A stretch of 63,834 nucleotides of DNA, the filler included, from Reclinomonas americana ATCC 50394 (taxonomy: Eukaryota), in assembly GCA_048213135.1 (NCBI GenBank). It is 23 parts of 23 records of this genome, joined end to end, with 100 filler letters (N's around TTAATTAATTAA, not from the genome) between each part and the next. Parts side by side here need not be neighbours in the genome. Positions count along the whole stretch, not along the records: positions 47,376 to 49,527 come from AFZH01024666.1; positions 49,628 to 53,082 come from AFZH01024667.1; positions 53,183 to 56,625 come from AFZH01024668.1; positions 56,726 to 58,904 come from AFZH01024669.1; positions 59,005 to 62,372 come from AFZH01024670.1; 18 more parts are not named here. One strand, written 5' to 3'. Position 1 is the first letter of the stretch, and each line of letters opens with the position of its first letter. Under the pieces are notes generated by a model, which saw only the letters and a program-made list of their open reading frames with translations, ran no database searches and had not been told where the DNA came from. This document shows positions 47,965 through 59,649 of the stretch, in pieces. The position numbers were made by a program, and so were the translations under genes.

Positions 47965-49325
47965 TTACGACGACGCGGCAGAGCGAGCCAAGAAACCGGC
48001 CATGGACTCGAGGTCGCGGCCGAGCCACGCCACCGAGCTCTCAATCTCCTCCACGGACTGGTTGATGGCGCGATTGGCGGCTGGGACCGGGTGCGCGGCA
48101 AAGAACGAGCGCACATCCTCGGCGTGCTCGGTCTTGGTGAACGACGAGCAGACGGACTTGACCAGGTTGGCCAGCATGAAGCCGCCCTCACCGTAGCTGT
48201 AGAGGGGAAGGGGGAGGGGGAAGGGGAATGGAAGCAAACGGCAGAGGGCAGAAACAAAGAAAGAGGAGAGAGAAGTAGGGTGAGCAACAAGGGAGATGCT
48301 TTGGTGACGAAATCACAGCGCGCACGCACCGACTGTTGAACACGTCAAAGTGCTGCTTGAAGAAGTTCCACGTCACATCGCGGTGCGCCGGGTTGCCGCC
48401 GACACCGGCGACAGCCGACACGGTGTCTTGCGATCGCACGGCGTCGCTGATGGAGAACTCGAGCGTGCGCACAGCGAGGTCGTGCTCACGAGCGCTGCCG
48501 AGAGTGCGCAACACGCGGACCTGCCAGCACACGGCGATGACAACGCAGCGGCGGTGGCGAATCGGCAAATGAAAAAAGCACGCACCTTCTCCTCTTGCAT
48601 CTCAGCGCGGTGGTAGTGCTCCATGAGCGCATTGTAGGCCTCCGCACCGCCAAAGCGGAGCGACTGCATCACACCATTCAATGATGAGCGACACCAATCA
48701 CATCCATGCCTTCAGCACATGCAAAAAACGCACCACCGAGTACACCACGGAACGCAGATCGGCAAGCAGTGGCGCCTCGCCCTTCAAGAACTTGTTGAAG
48801 CGCGCGAGTGCCTAACAGATGTGAAGTGAGTGCCGAGTGCGCACTGACACAGTTTGAGAGAATTTACAAAGCGGAACCTCGGCAATGGTCGACTCGTCGC
48901 CAGCCATGCCCAGACGGCCAAGCACCAGCGGGCGGAGCATGGTGTCCGAGTGCGACTCACCCGGTCGCGGGTCCCAGCCCAGCTGCACCAACAGCGGTCA
49001 GCGACAGGGAGAGGGAAGGAGATATAGGTGGTCCTGCAACTGCTCACCTTGGCACCAATACGACCAAACAGCTTGCGCTGGAAGGCCTTCAGGCTGTCGG
49101 CCGCCGGCGTGTCGAACAGCAGGCGGGAGATCTCGCCCAAGTTGGTGGCCAGATCCACCCACACTGCGACAATAAAAAGTCAGGATGAGAAGAAAGTTGC
49201 GTGTAAGAGTGTGGATGCACGCGCATACCTGTGTAGTCCTCCTCGCCCTCGTAGGCCTCAAAGATCGAGAGCGCGGTGGTCGTGCTCAGCAGGCCAGCGC
49301 GGGCCAGTGAGAGGGCGTCGTTCTG
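47965..49325 (-). CDS. M1 aminopeptidase C-terminal (ERAP1_C-like) half, multi-exon; probably the same gene as 25667-28087
   Basis: NDALSLARAG..YEGEEDYT / VW.DL..NL / LGWDPRPGESHSDTMLR..LG / DLRSVVY / EMQEEK / VRSQD..WNFFK / FFAAHPVPAANRAINQSVEEI...WLGRD. Confidence 0.88.
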
Positions 49326-49348
49326 CGGGAAGGGGAAGGGAAGTGAGA

Positions 49349-49527
49349 GGGAGGAGGAGGAGGAGGAGGAGGAGAGGAGAGAGAGGAGGAGGAGAGAGGA
49401 GGAGAGAGGAGGAGGAGGAGGAGGAGGAGGAGGAGGAGGAGGAGGAGGAGGAGGAGGAGGAGGAGGAGGAGGAGGAGGAGGAGGAGGAGGAGGAGGAGGA
49501 GGAGGAGGAGGAGGAGGAGGAGGAGGA
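49349..49527. repeat. (GGA)n trinucleotide tract, intronic, at contig end
   Basis: Seen directly; it lies upstream of a minus-strand CAG acceptor at about 49324-49326. Confidence 0.95.
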
Positions 49528-49627
49528 NNNNNNNNNNNNNNNNNNNNNNNNNNNNNNNNNNNNNNNNNNNNTTAATTAATTAANNNNNNNNNNNNNNNNN
49601 NNNNNNNNNNNNNNNNNNNNNNNNNNN

Positions 49628-52600
49628 TTGCGACAGGCCACTGCCGTCACCCGACACAGGCAACAGCGCCAACGGAGCCTGCGAATCTTGCAGCACCAAG
49701 TCGAGCCGCAAGTCCGTGGTCGTCAGCTCCACATCATACGAATCCGTGGCCGGCGTCGACAGCAGGACAACCAGTCGCAGCGACGCCATGTTGACCACCA
49801 CATCTGCGCACGCGGTGTCAGTAGTTAGGTCTTGCGAGAATTGTTCGAGACAAGACACCACGCAACTCGTGAGCTGCGACGCCACCACTGGACAGGGTGA
49901 CGCTGGTTCCTCGTCCTCGGTAAACGGCTCAAAGAGCGAGCTGATACACGTATGAATACGGAATCATCAGTGCACGGAGCCACCAACGACGACAGACAAG
50001 CAGACAGATAGGTCGAAAAACTACGCACCACACGGCACTAGCGGCGCGATACAAGAGACTGGCATGTTCCGCGGTCTCGAGACCCACCACCAGCGTAAAC
50101 GCGTGCGCGCCAGTCACCACAACGTCGGTAATCTGCTGCGACTGCACCGGCAGCTGCGGCGGTCGCATGCGGAGAGCCACATCAACGTCGAACGGAACCG
50201 GCGCCCACGGGAACAGAGCGGAGAGTGAGCGCTCGGGACCACCGGCGGCGGTCACAGTTTGAGTGGCAATAGCACATCTGCGAGCAAAGGAACATCAGCA
50301 ACGACACAGAAGGGACCACCAAGGAAAGATGTGACCAAAAACCTCGACAGCTCAACCGAGAGCACATTCTGAATCAGGCCTTCCACGTCTCCCACACTCG
50401 TCACCATCGCCATTGTCGTCAGATGCACACCGCACTCGAAGCGCAACACGGCACGGTCGCATTCTGGGCGCAGGGATATGTGAATCGACATGACACGACC
50501 CAAGAATGCACACACATCGCATATTTCCATGCAGTCTACCTTCGCGCTCGTCCAACTGAAAGTCCTCAGGCGAGCATGCGGGCAAGTCGACCGCCACACT
50601 GATGCGATGCATCGACACCGACAACGCTGTCATGTCCGGCTCCTTCCGCGCACTGGCCGAGCTTCTCGCATCATCGCTTTGCAGGTCGGTTTCGTCATCA
50701 TCGTCGGCCACACGGTCGCCGACGAACTGAGTACAAGGTGCAATCAGTTCCCGTGTCAATCAAGAATGAGAAAGCATCCCACACTCGCCACACCTCTGAC
50801 ACCACCGTGCTGATGAATGGCGGCACGTAGTAAATGAGCTGGAATATGGCGCGAATGTGCCGCTCGTTCACGCGGAGCTCGACGTCGCCCAGTCCCTGCA
50901 CCATGATGACCGGTGGTGATTGTGCCGACACAGTGCCAGGGCGTTCCCACGCCGGTGACGCCACATCAACGTCGGCTGGCACACGGAGACAGCCGAAAAC
51001 GCGCTGCAACAGTGCGGTCCACTGCGGAGCCGAGTTGGTGAGGCACACCGACACGCCAGGTGCCGACCACTCCAGCAGCGGAGTAAGTGGGATGCCGCTC
51101 GAGAGTGCTGACGCAGCCGACGATGAAGACGGTGATGATACACTGCCGCCCATCGCCACGTCGTCGGCCGGACCCATGACCGCACCGCCTGCACGCCAAC
51201 GAACGCACAGCGGTGAGAGAGGATTTTACAAGAAGTGTGAGGTGAGTGCACGCAACTCTCCACCACGCGAATGAGTCCAGCCGCCACGCAGAGCTCCACT
51301 CCAGCCTGATGCTCCTCTTGCCCACTGGCCTCCAGCGATGCAATGATTGCCGGCGGCAAACCCGCACACGTGACGCCACTGGGCGAAAACAGGACGGCAC
51401 GGAGGCCCGTCAGAGCCACACCAACACCCGGTGAGCGGTCGCCATTTGTCACTTGCAGATCGACTTCTTGCACGTTCAGTGTGGCCTCGAAAACCTGCAA
51501 CCACAGAAATGCTTTAGCAGATGCGATCACGAGGGCGCGGGTGGACAGGCGTTCTCAACACACCAATTTCTTCAGCAACGAGGGTCCCTCTCCTGCGGCG
51601 GAGCCGGTGCCGGAGGCAGAAGCAGAGGCAAGCCGCTCGTCTGGCAGGTGCGCGGCGGGCGTCGGCAGCGGTCGCATCGACGGCTGGTCGTCATCCTCTT
51701 CTGCGTCCTCAAACTCATCGTCCTCATCCGAGTCCGTGGGATCGTGCAGGGGACTGCGCACTCGTCGATGCATCAGAGCCAGCGGCGCAAGCGGTGCCGC
51801 AGGTGGTGGCGGCATGAATCGTGGTGGCACACACAAGGGAACAAAGTGCATAATGTCGCCCACGAGAATCGGCACCATTCCATGAATCGTGTCGTGTACA
51901 CGCAGGACAGTGCGGGCGACAGCGATGGCGTGCGCATGGTCGTACAGTCGCACTCGAACACTCTCCACCATGGCACGCAAATGTAGCGCCGGCGACTCCT
52001 GTATACGGACATGCATGTGTGTGTAAGACACGCGGCGTGAAATATCCTTGACAAGACAGACGACTCGAGTCGCACACACCAAGTCCACCAGCACGGATAC
52101 CGTGCAACCCGACAGCTGTAGCAGGCGAGCCACAAAGCACTCGATCTTCGGTTTCTTGACGCGCTTCGCCACGCGGTCGGCAATCTTTCTCCTGCGCCTC
52201 TTCTTGCGTCGGCTTTGCTGTCGCCGCCGCAACTCGGCCTCCATTCTGTCGCGATCGATGCGGTACACGCGAAGTTTCTCGACATTTGTACGATCCGTCA
52301 GCAGCAAGTCACGCAAGCGATCCAGCTGCTCCAGCGACGCCTCCCACAATGTCTCCTGCACCACCTCCACCGTTGGCGGTACCACCTCTGCACCATCTGT
52401 GGCGGCCACTGTCAGACGCGCACGACTCTGACACTTCACAGAGACAACACAACAATGTCACAGATACCAACCTAATGACAGAGCGGTCGGTTCAGACCCA
52501 GCACTCGCGGAGGACATTAGGCGTGGCGAGCGTCGCGGACTGCCACCCATCGGTGACATGTGTGGCATCCGGCCGACAACCTCCGCCAACGCCGCATGCA

Positions 52601-52990
52601 CGCTCTAATCACCACGGGGTAGAAATCAACAACAAAAAACAGAGTTGTTCGTGCTTCTTGCACGTACCGACGTTGGCGAGTGTGAGCGACTCGATATTTG
52701 CGAGAAGCCCAGCTTGGATGGTGTCGACACGCCACTGCGACGACGCACCGGTGTCTCCTCGCGAGCATCCGCTGCAAACGTCACGCGCAACGAGAATCCG
52801 ATTTGCGCACTGTGATCCATCGCTCCGGCAATGGAACCACGATCGCTCGAGTGCGCCGAGTGCAGGCTCCCCGAGTCGGCATCGCCAGCCGCAGCCGTCG
52901 CAGAGACGGTGGATGGTGTGGTGACACTTGCACTCCGTGGTCTTCTCAGCACGAACAAGTGATCCAACTCCACCACCAGACAGCGGAAGC
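49628..52990 (-). CDS. Large multi-exon hypothetical protein, weakly VPS13/chorein-N-like (partial)
   Basis: Spliced frames with VELDHLFVLRRP, a basic helical segment, HVRIQE and repeated amphipathic beta-strands (LNVQEVDLQV, VGVALTGLRAV, LGDVELRVNERHIRAIFQL). The family call is tentative. Confidence 0.4.
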
Positions 52991-54036
52991 GAGGAGCGAG
53001 TGCTGATTCGGGCGCGTGTGACGTTGCTGGCGATAGCCCTGCACGAGAGACAATGAGTTAAAGACGAGGGTGACGAGGACAGNNNNNNNNNNNNNNNNNN
53101 NNNNNNNNNNNNNNNNNNNNNNNNNNTTAATTAATTAANNNNNNNNNNNNNNNNNNNNNNNNNNNNNNNNNNNNNNNNNNNNCTGCGACGAAGTTGCGTT
53201 TCTCCTGCTGCCCATCTTCATCGCCGTCTCCTTCGCGAACGCGCTTGCCAATGGAGCCACCACCAGCTCCACCACGATAAGACAGTACGGTGTTGACATT
53301 GCGCTCGCGTGGAGCAGCAGTGCAGACACTGTTCTGATATCGATTTGAGTGCGACAGCGGAACCACAGACGCAAATGAGCCACCACTCACCGACAAGGAA
53401 CAGCACCGATTCCTGTGGCTGCTGTAGGAGGTCACTTTGCCAGGTAGGTCGCCACGGTACAAGGTCATAGTCATACTGTTGGCCTGCATGCTTCGCCCTG
53501 CATGGGAGGCTGGAGACGACGAATGCAGTGAGCCGCAAAATGTGCGGAGAATTAACACTGTGTCAGCTGTGCATGTGCTTGTGTGCTTGAGTGCATGTGT
53601 GTGTGTGCGTGCGTGCAGTTGCAGTGGTTACTGAACAAGTCTGGCGCAAACGCAACATTTCCGCAGGTGAGAAGATGCACACTGCACTCCTCGTCTGCTT
53701 GGAGACTTGCGCGATCTCCACTGTCGGGCAAGGCCAGCTGCTCTAGCACGTGAGTGTTGAACAGTGTTGTTGTCGATAGCTCAGCAAAAACGGAGCGCGC
53801 GCTGCGCGCGGCCAGTGGGGTTGTAGGTACGGTTGACGATGCATTCCTCCACATCCTTGGACACAAGACGGCACTCGACGGAACCGCGGTGAGGCTGCAG
53901 CTGCCCGGGATCCATGACGTACAAGGATGCCAAAAAGTTAAGGGGTACATGAAGAGGCCCAGGAAAACTTAAGGGTTCACTTTCGAAAAATTTAAGGGTC
54001 ACCGCTGCGACGCTCGCACACCCCCATCAAATTTGA

Positions 54037-56590
54037 ATGGCACTCGTGGTGGCAAAGGCCATCGAGTGCTGGTGCAGTGCCGAGGAGGACGAGTGCCGAC
54101 GTGTGTGCACTCGCATGAATGAGCTGCGCGGGCGGCCGATGAACGATGCTCTCATCGCGCAGCACATTTGCGATGCACTCGGCGACGGACAGCAGCATGT
54201 GGTGGTCTGCCTTCCTTTACGATGCACAAAACTTGCCCGAGCCCGTGGGTGCTGACACAAGCACCTGCGCACACATAGCTGGATCTGTCGCGGTCATTCG
54301 TCGGGCGCGTACTGGATGATGAAGCGCTGTTGCCACTGGTGGAGTTGATCGCGCAAGCCGGCGGCGGCATGGTGCGAGAGCTTTTGCTCTCCGGCCATTC
54401 TATCACACACGTGTCGGTGCAGCGCATTGCCGACACATTGCCGGACCTTGTTGGTCTTGACTTGAATCGTGCGCACAACTTTCTCGCGCAGTTGTTGCAC
54501 ACGCTGTCGCCGAATAACTTGTCCACGGTATGCAGGCACGAATGTTGGAGGTCTCGGAGTCACTGTGGCGGCCGGGCATGGGAAGCTGCAGGCATTGAGC
54601 ATTGCATGTTTCGTAAAACGGTGCACTCAGTGCACGCGTGTCGCCGCAAATTGATCCGTCGTCATGACATGGCAGACAATGCGGACGATTCGTCGTTCTT
54701 CGACGCGTTCACCGGCGAGAGTCAGCTGCAACTGACAGCCTTGGATGTTCGCGGTGCGTTGCATGGCATTGGTCTCCGATCACCGTACACCTGCTAACAT
54801 GTTAACGGCATCAACAGGAATGGAGCTGGAACTTTTTTTCCTGCTGGCTACCGAGTGCGCAAATTTGACAGCCTTGAACATGGCTGGTGTGTTTTGCAGT
54901 CATGTGTTGTGGCTGGTGTTCGTGTTTGTTCACTCGACATGCAGGAAGATTCCATGTCCGAGGGGAACGCGAGCCGGAAGACGATCCTTCACCAGACATT
55001 ACTGCAGCCCTCGAGTGCCTCCCACACCTGCGCTCGTTGAGAATAGAAGGAGCTGGTTTGTCTGCCTCTGCAGCATGTAGTAGGAGAAGTTACAGCGGCA
55101 GCTGATGGTGTTCGCGCACGCTCGCACATAGGAAGACTGATCAATACTCGGGCGCTGGTCACTCACTGCCCACGTCTCACCTCGCTTTGTGTCGCTGGTG
55201 CGTCTGCGCCTTGCAGCAATTTGGCCGGTCAACAAGGCAGCTGTATATATCGCTCACTTGCAAACAGGATCTTGCAGCGCCGAGGGTGTGCAAATTCTGG
55301 CCCGAGGACTTCCTCACCTTGTCGACCTTGACGTCTCAGGTACGTGCATCACTCTGACCTTTTCTCGTCATTGCTCCGTCTTGGAAGAGCTGATGATTTT
55401 CGACAGGGTGTTTGAGTGAGATGAGAGGCGTTGACTCTGCAGCTATTCTGCGCGCAGTTGGTGACAGTTGCCCGCTGTTGACGTCGCTCAACATCTCCAG
55501 CTTCGTGTGTGACCGTTGATGGACTCGTCTCCTGCGGCAAACATGACTCACCTGAGTACCGACCTGCTGCAGGATGTGAACTGAACTTCAGGGCGGTGGA
55601 CGGCTTGGTGGGCAAACGACTGGCACATCTTACTTGCTTTCACATGAACTGTTGCGTTGTGCTGCTCGCTCCTTGCCTTGCAACGCAAGACGGTGTAACA
55701 CGTGTGACAGGGAATCACGGTGGACCACTATGCAATGTCATCAGTCCCTCGTGGTCCAGTTTGCGGTCGCTCCGTCTCGGAGGCGAACAACCGCGCGACG
55801 TATACCTGCATTTCGATGAGGGGCCTACCGCACTCGACTTACGATGTGCGTCAGCTGTCAACGCCAGCTGCAATCATGTCGTTTTTTCTGATTGTGGCTC
55901 TCTCGTGTGCAGTGGGTTACACCGACGACAAGGGAGCGCAGGCGATCGCAGCACACTGCTCGTCACTCACTGAGCTGGATTTGTCATGTATGAGCGCCGA
56001 AACTTGTACATGTGCTTGCTCTCCTGACCCTCATCCGTGAATCCAGACAACTTGATCGAGGACCGCGGCGCAGAGGCACTGGCAGAAGGGCTACCACAGC
56101 TCACATGGCTGAACCTGTACAGTGCGTCCGCTCACAGTTGTACCCGGCACCGGTACCGCCGTTTCTTTGCTCACGGATTTCGCATGCTGAAATAACAGGA
56201 AACAACGTCGGCGATCGTGGAGCGCAGGCCATTGCTGCGCATTGCCAACAGCTGTTACGATTGAACATTGCCGGTGTGTGTTCTCGTGTCACTGGTTAGC
56301 TGTAATCGTACGTGTTGCGTGCTTACAACCATTATATACTCGTATAGTGAATCGAGTTCGTGACCTCGGGGCGCGCGCCATTGCCGGTGGCTGTCCGCAG
56401 CTGGCGATGCTGTCCAGTGATTTTGGTGAGTTTACATTTCCTTCGTGCAGGCTTTTGAGTGCGACGCCTAACAAAAACCTTGCGCGCAAGCCACCGATGC
56501 ATGGAAGCAGCTGCTACAGATGACCGACGTTGAAGCCACGGAACCCATGCAAGTCATTTACGCATTCCGCGATCAACAACATGTACGGTG
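54037..56590 (+). CDS. Leucine-rich-repeat protein (RNI/AMN1-like), multi-exon
   Basis: ECANLTALNMA; GVQILARGLPHLVDLDVS; DKGAQAIAAHCSSLTELDLS; GNNVGDRGAQAIAAHCQQLLRLNIA; NRVRDLGARAIAGGCPQL. Introns recur at about one per repeat. Confidence 0.82.
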
Positions 56591-56725
56591 AGACACTTGT
56601 ATGTGCGCCACCTGCCGATTTCTCCNNNNNNNNNNNNNNNNNNNNNNNNNNNNNNNNNNNNNNNNNNNNTTAATTAATTAANNNNNNNNNNNNNNNNNNN
56701 NNNNNNNNNNNNNNNNNNNNNNNNN

Positions 56726-57283
56726 ACCACGCAGCTCAACCTCGCCGATTTCTTCAAGGCCAATTCGATGACCTATGAGGAGAAGGTCTATCCGAGCGCG
56801 GCCGAGGCCTTCGCCGCCTTCGAGGGTGGGCAATGCGACGCACTGACCCGCGACCAGTCGGCGCTGCATGGCGAGCGGCTCAGGCTGGCCAAGCCGGCCG
56901 ATGCGGTCGTGCTGCCGGACGTGATCTCGAAGGAGCCGCTCGGTCCGGTGGTGCGCAACGACGATTTCCCCTGGTTCACCCTGGTGCGCTGGGTGAACTT
57001 CGCGCTGGTCAATGCCGAGGAGCTCGGCATCTCCGCTGCGAATCTCGACGATGCCCTCAAGTCGCAGAAGCCGGATGTGCGGCGCTTCACGGGGGCGGAG
57101 GGCGGCTTCGGCAAGGCGCTCGGCCTCGAAGCGGACTGGGCGGTTCGCGCCGTCAAGGCGAGCGGGAACTACGCCGAGATCTATGAGCGCAATCTCGGCA
57201 CCGGCTCCAAGCTCGGCATACCGCGCGGCCTCAACCAGCTCTGGAGCATGGGCGGCGTGCTCTACGCCCCGCCGCTGCGCTAG
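56726..57283 (+). CDS. aapJ: General L-amino-acid ABC transporter substrate-binding protein (5' partial)
   Basis: NLADFF..CDALT.DQSAL..LPDVISKEPLGPVVR..D..W..VRW..AL.NAEELGI..GNYAEIYERNLG..RGLN.LW..GG..YAPP.R. Confidence 0.88.
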   Translation, partial: TTQLNLADFFKANSMTYEEKVYPSAAEAFAAFEGGQCDALTRDQSALHGERLRLAKPADAVVLPDVISKEPLGPVVRNDDFPWFTLVRWVNFALVNAEELGISAANLDDALKSQKPDVRRFTGAEGGFGKALGLEADWAVRAVKASGNYAEIYERNLGTGSKLGIPRGLNQLWSMGGVLYAPPLR

Positions 57284-57336
57284 CACGAAATGTCCTGTCC
57301 GCGGCCTCCCTCGACCCTGCGCTGGCCGAGATTGGC

Positions 57337-58044
57337 TCAGGAACCGCTCTTCACGCCCTGGAGATAGGTCATCACGTTCTGGGCGAGCTCCGCCAGCGTC
57401 AGCTCGTGGTTGAAGCGCCCGGTCCTGAGGAAGGTCACGACCTGGGCGACGACCAGCGGGTTGTTCATCATGAAGGTGTGGGTCACCGGCAGGACGATAT
57501 GGTCGGCCATGCCGTCGAGCTTGGTGCTCTCCACGGAGACCTTGCCGTCGTTCGGTCCGGCAAAGAAGGGCGACAGCAGCGGGTTGAGTGACAGGCTGCC
57601 GGCGATGATCCCGAGCTCGTAATCCGCGCTCGGCAGGAGGTTGGGCAGGCTGTCCGGGCTCGTTCCGAGCTGCCGGCCGGCGGGGCCGTTGATCAGCTCG
57701 AAGGCCGGCAGCCGCCCGAGCCCGTCGACCAGCTCGGAACCGTGATTGGGCGGCGCCAGCATGACTACGCGTCCGAGGCCGGGCGGGCGGTTTCTCTGCA
57801 GCCAGGCGCGCAGGAGGATGCCCCCCATCGAATGCGTGACGAAATGCAGCCGGGCGCCGGCGCAGGTTTGGACCGCGGTCTCGACATAGTCCACCAGGTC
57901 CTCGACCGCGTGATCGGTCGAGGCGTAGGTTTCATTGACGACCTTGTAGCCGATGGCCGAGAGCAGCGTCTCGATGAGGAGGAGCGACGTTCTGCGTCGT
58001 GCGAGGCCGTGAAGCAGGATGACGGTTTCGGGCTCAGTCGTCAT
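57337..58044 (-). CDS. Alpha/beta hydrolase (lipase/esterase-like)
   Basis: [15 protein letters not shown] nucleophile elbow; [19 protein letters not shown]. Confidence 0.9.
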   Translation of the reverse strand: MTTEPETVILLHGLARRRTSLLLIETLLSAIGYKVVNETYASTDHAVEDLVDYVETAVQTCAGARLHFVTHSMGGILLRAWLQRNRPPGLGRVVMLAPPNHGSELVDGLGRLPAFELINGPAGRQLGTSPDSLPNLLPSADYELGIIAGSLSLNPLLSPFFAGPNDGKVSVESTKLDGMADHIVLPVTHTFMMNNPLVVAQVVTFLRTGRFNHELTLAELAQNVMTYLQGVKSGS

Positions 58045-58137
58045 GTGATCGGCGATTCATGTCGTCGGCTTCACTGTGTGAGCGGATTCTATCGCATGTT
58101 TTTCGCACGGGCCGGAGCCGTTGACGGTTAACAGCGC

Positions 58138-58904
58138 TCAGCGTGTCGGCTGGGCAGGCTGTGGATCGACGCTGGCACGCTCCTGCCGGACGCCGCTGCG
58201 GCGCGTGAGCATCAGCGCGACCATCGTCATGACGAAGAGGTAGATTCCCGGCACGATGGCGAGCCAGGGCGCCCGCGAGAAATAGGGCCGCGCTTCGGCG
58301 ATCATCGCGCCCCATTCGGGAGCCGGCGGCTGGACGCCGATGCCAAGGAAGCCGAGCGCGGCGATGTTCAGGATGTTGTGCCCGAACTGGAGCGCGACCA
58401 GCCCGGAGAGCAGCGGCAGCAGATGCGGCAGGATATGCCGCCGCAGGAGATAGAGGCGGCTGCCTCCGGCCAGCCGGGCGGCCGTCACGAATTCGCGCTC
58501 CCGCAGCGAGAAGGCCGTGGCGCGGGCGATGCGCGCATATTTGACCCAGCCGGTCAGCGACAAAGCGAGGATGAGCGCAAGCTCGCCGCCGCCGAGATGG
58601 GCCGCGAGGATCAGGGCGATGACGATCTGGGGCAGGGAGGTCATCAGGTCCATGACGAAGGTCAAGGCCCGGTCGGTCGCACCTGCGAGCTCCGCCGCGA
58701 GCATCCCGATGGCGATGCCGATGACGAGGGAGCAGACAATGATCGTCAGTGACAGCCCGACATCGCGCAGGAAGCCATGCGCGATCCGGGCCAGCACGTC
58801 GCGGCCGAGATGATCGGTGCCGAACGGGAAGTCCGGCCCGGGCGCGCGCAGGCTGTTGCGCAGCGAGGCTTCGATCGGGTCCAGCGTCAGACCATAGGCG
58901 ATCG
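58138..58904 (-). CDS. Peptide/nickel ABC transporter permease (DppC/NikC-like), 5' partial
   Basis: FGTDHLGRDVLAR; YARIAR..REFVTAARLAG..RHILP; LGFLGIGVQPPAPEWGAMI. Confidence 0.9.
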
Positions 58905-59128
58905 NNNNNNNNNNNNNNNNNNNNNNNNNNNNNNNNNNNNNNNNNNNNTTAATTAATTAANNNNNNNNNNNNNNNNNNNNNNNNNNNNNNNNNNNNNNNN
59001 NNNNTGTCTGTCTGTCTGTCTGTCTGCATGTCTCTCTCTGCATGTCTCTCTCTCTATTTCTCTTGTGTCTCTCCCTCTCTCTCTCTCTCTTCCCCCCTTT
59101 TTCCTCCTTGCTGATTGAATGCCTGCAG

Positions 59129-59491
59129 GTACCGATCATCCTCTTCGCCAAGGGCAGCCGGCGTGCGTTTGAGCGCTCGCACGACGCCGAGTGCGCGTAC
59201 GACGTGTTTGGCGTGGACTACACGCAGTGCCCGCTCGAGGCGCGTCGGCTGGTGGGCGAAGAGCGCGCCCTCCAGGGCAACATGGATCCGTGTGTGCTGT
59301 ACGCGACACCGGAGGTGATTGAGCAGCACGTGCGACGCATGCTGGGCAAGTTTGGCACGCGACGAGCGTACGTGGCCAACCTCGGGCACGGCATGCTTCC
59401 CGATCTGACTCCGGAGAACGCCAAGGCGTTTGTCGACGCCGTGCACCGCGTGTCGGAGGAACTCAATGCTGCTGCCAGCGCACCACAATGA
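59129..59491 (+). CDS. hemE: Uroporphyrinogen decarboxylase, last exon, haplotype B
   Basis: Same peptide as 32064-32426, with synonymous substitutions. Confidence 0.93.
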   Translation, partial: VPIILFAKGSRRAFERSHDAECAYDVFGVDYTQCPLEARRLVGEERALQGNMDPCVLYATPEVIEQHVRRMLGKFGTRRAYVANLGHGMLPDLTPENAKAFVDAVHRVSEELNAAASAPQ

Positions 59492-59649
59492 GGGAGTGGC
59501 TGCATGGAAGGCGGGATATAGCCAGAGTAGAAGGAGAATGTACAAAGAAGGCGCATAGTACATTATCTCGGATACAGGCGCACGCGTTGCGTTGAAAGAG
59601 ATTGCGACGCGGCAAGGAGGAAAGGAGAGAGAAGAGGGTGAAAAGAAGA

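Noticed and set aside
49028..49579. Poly-Glu and poly-Gly ORFs
   Set aside because: Translations of an intronic (GGA)n microsatellite.
53183..53950. Minus-strand gene divergent from the LRR gene
   Set aside because: Some exon-like pieces are present, but no consistent model or family could be supported.
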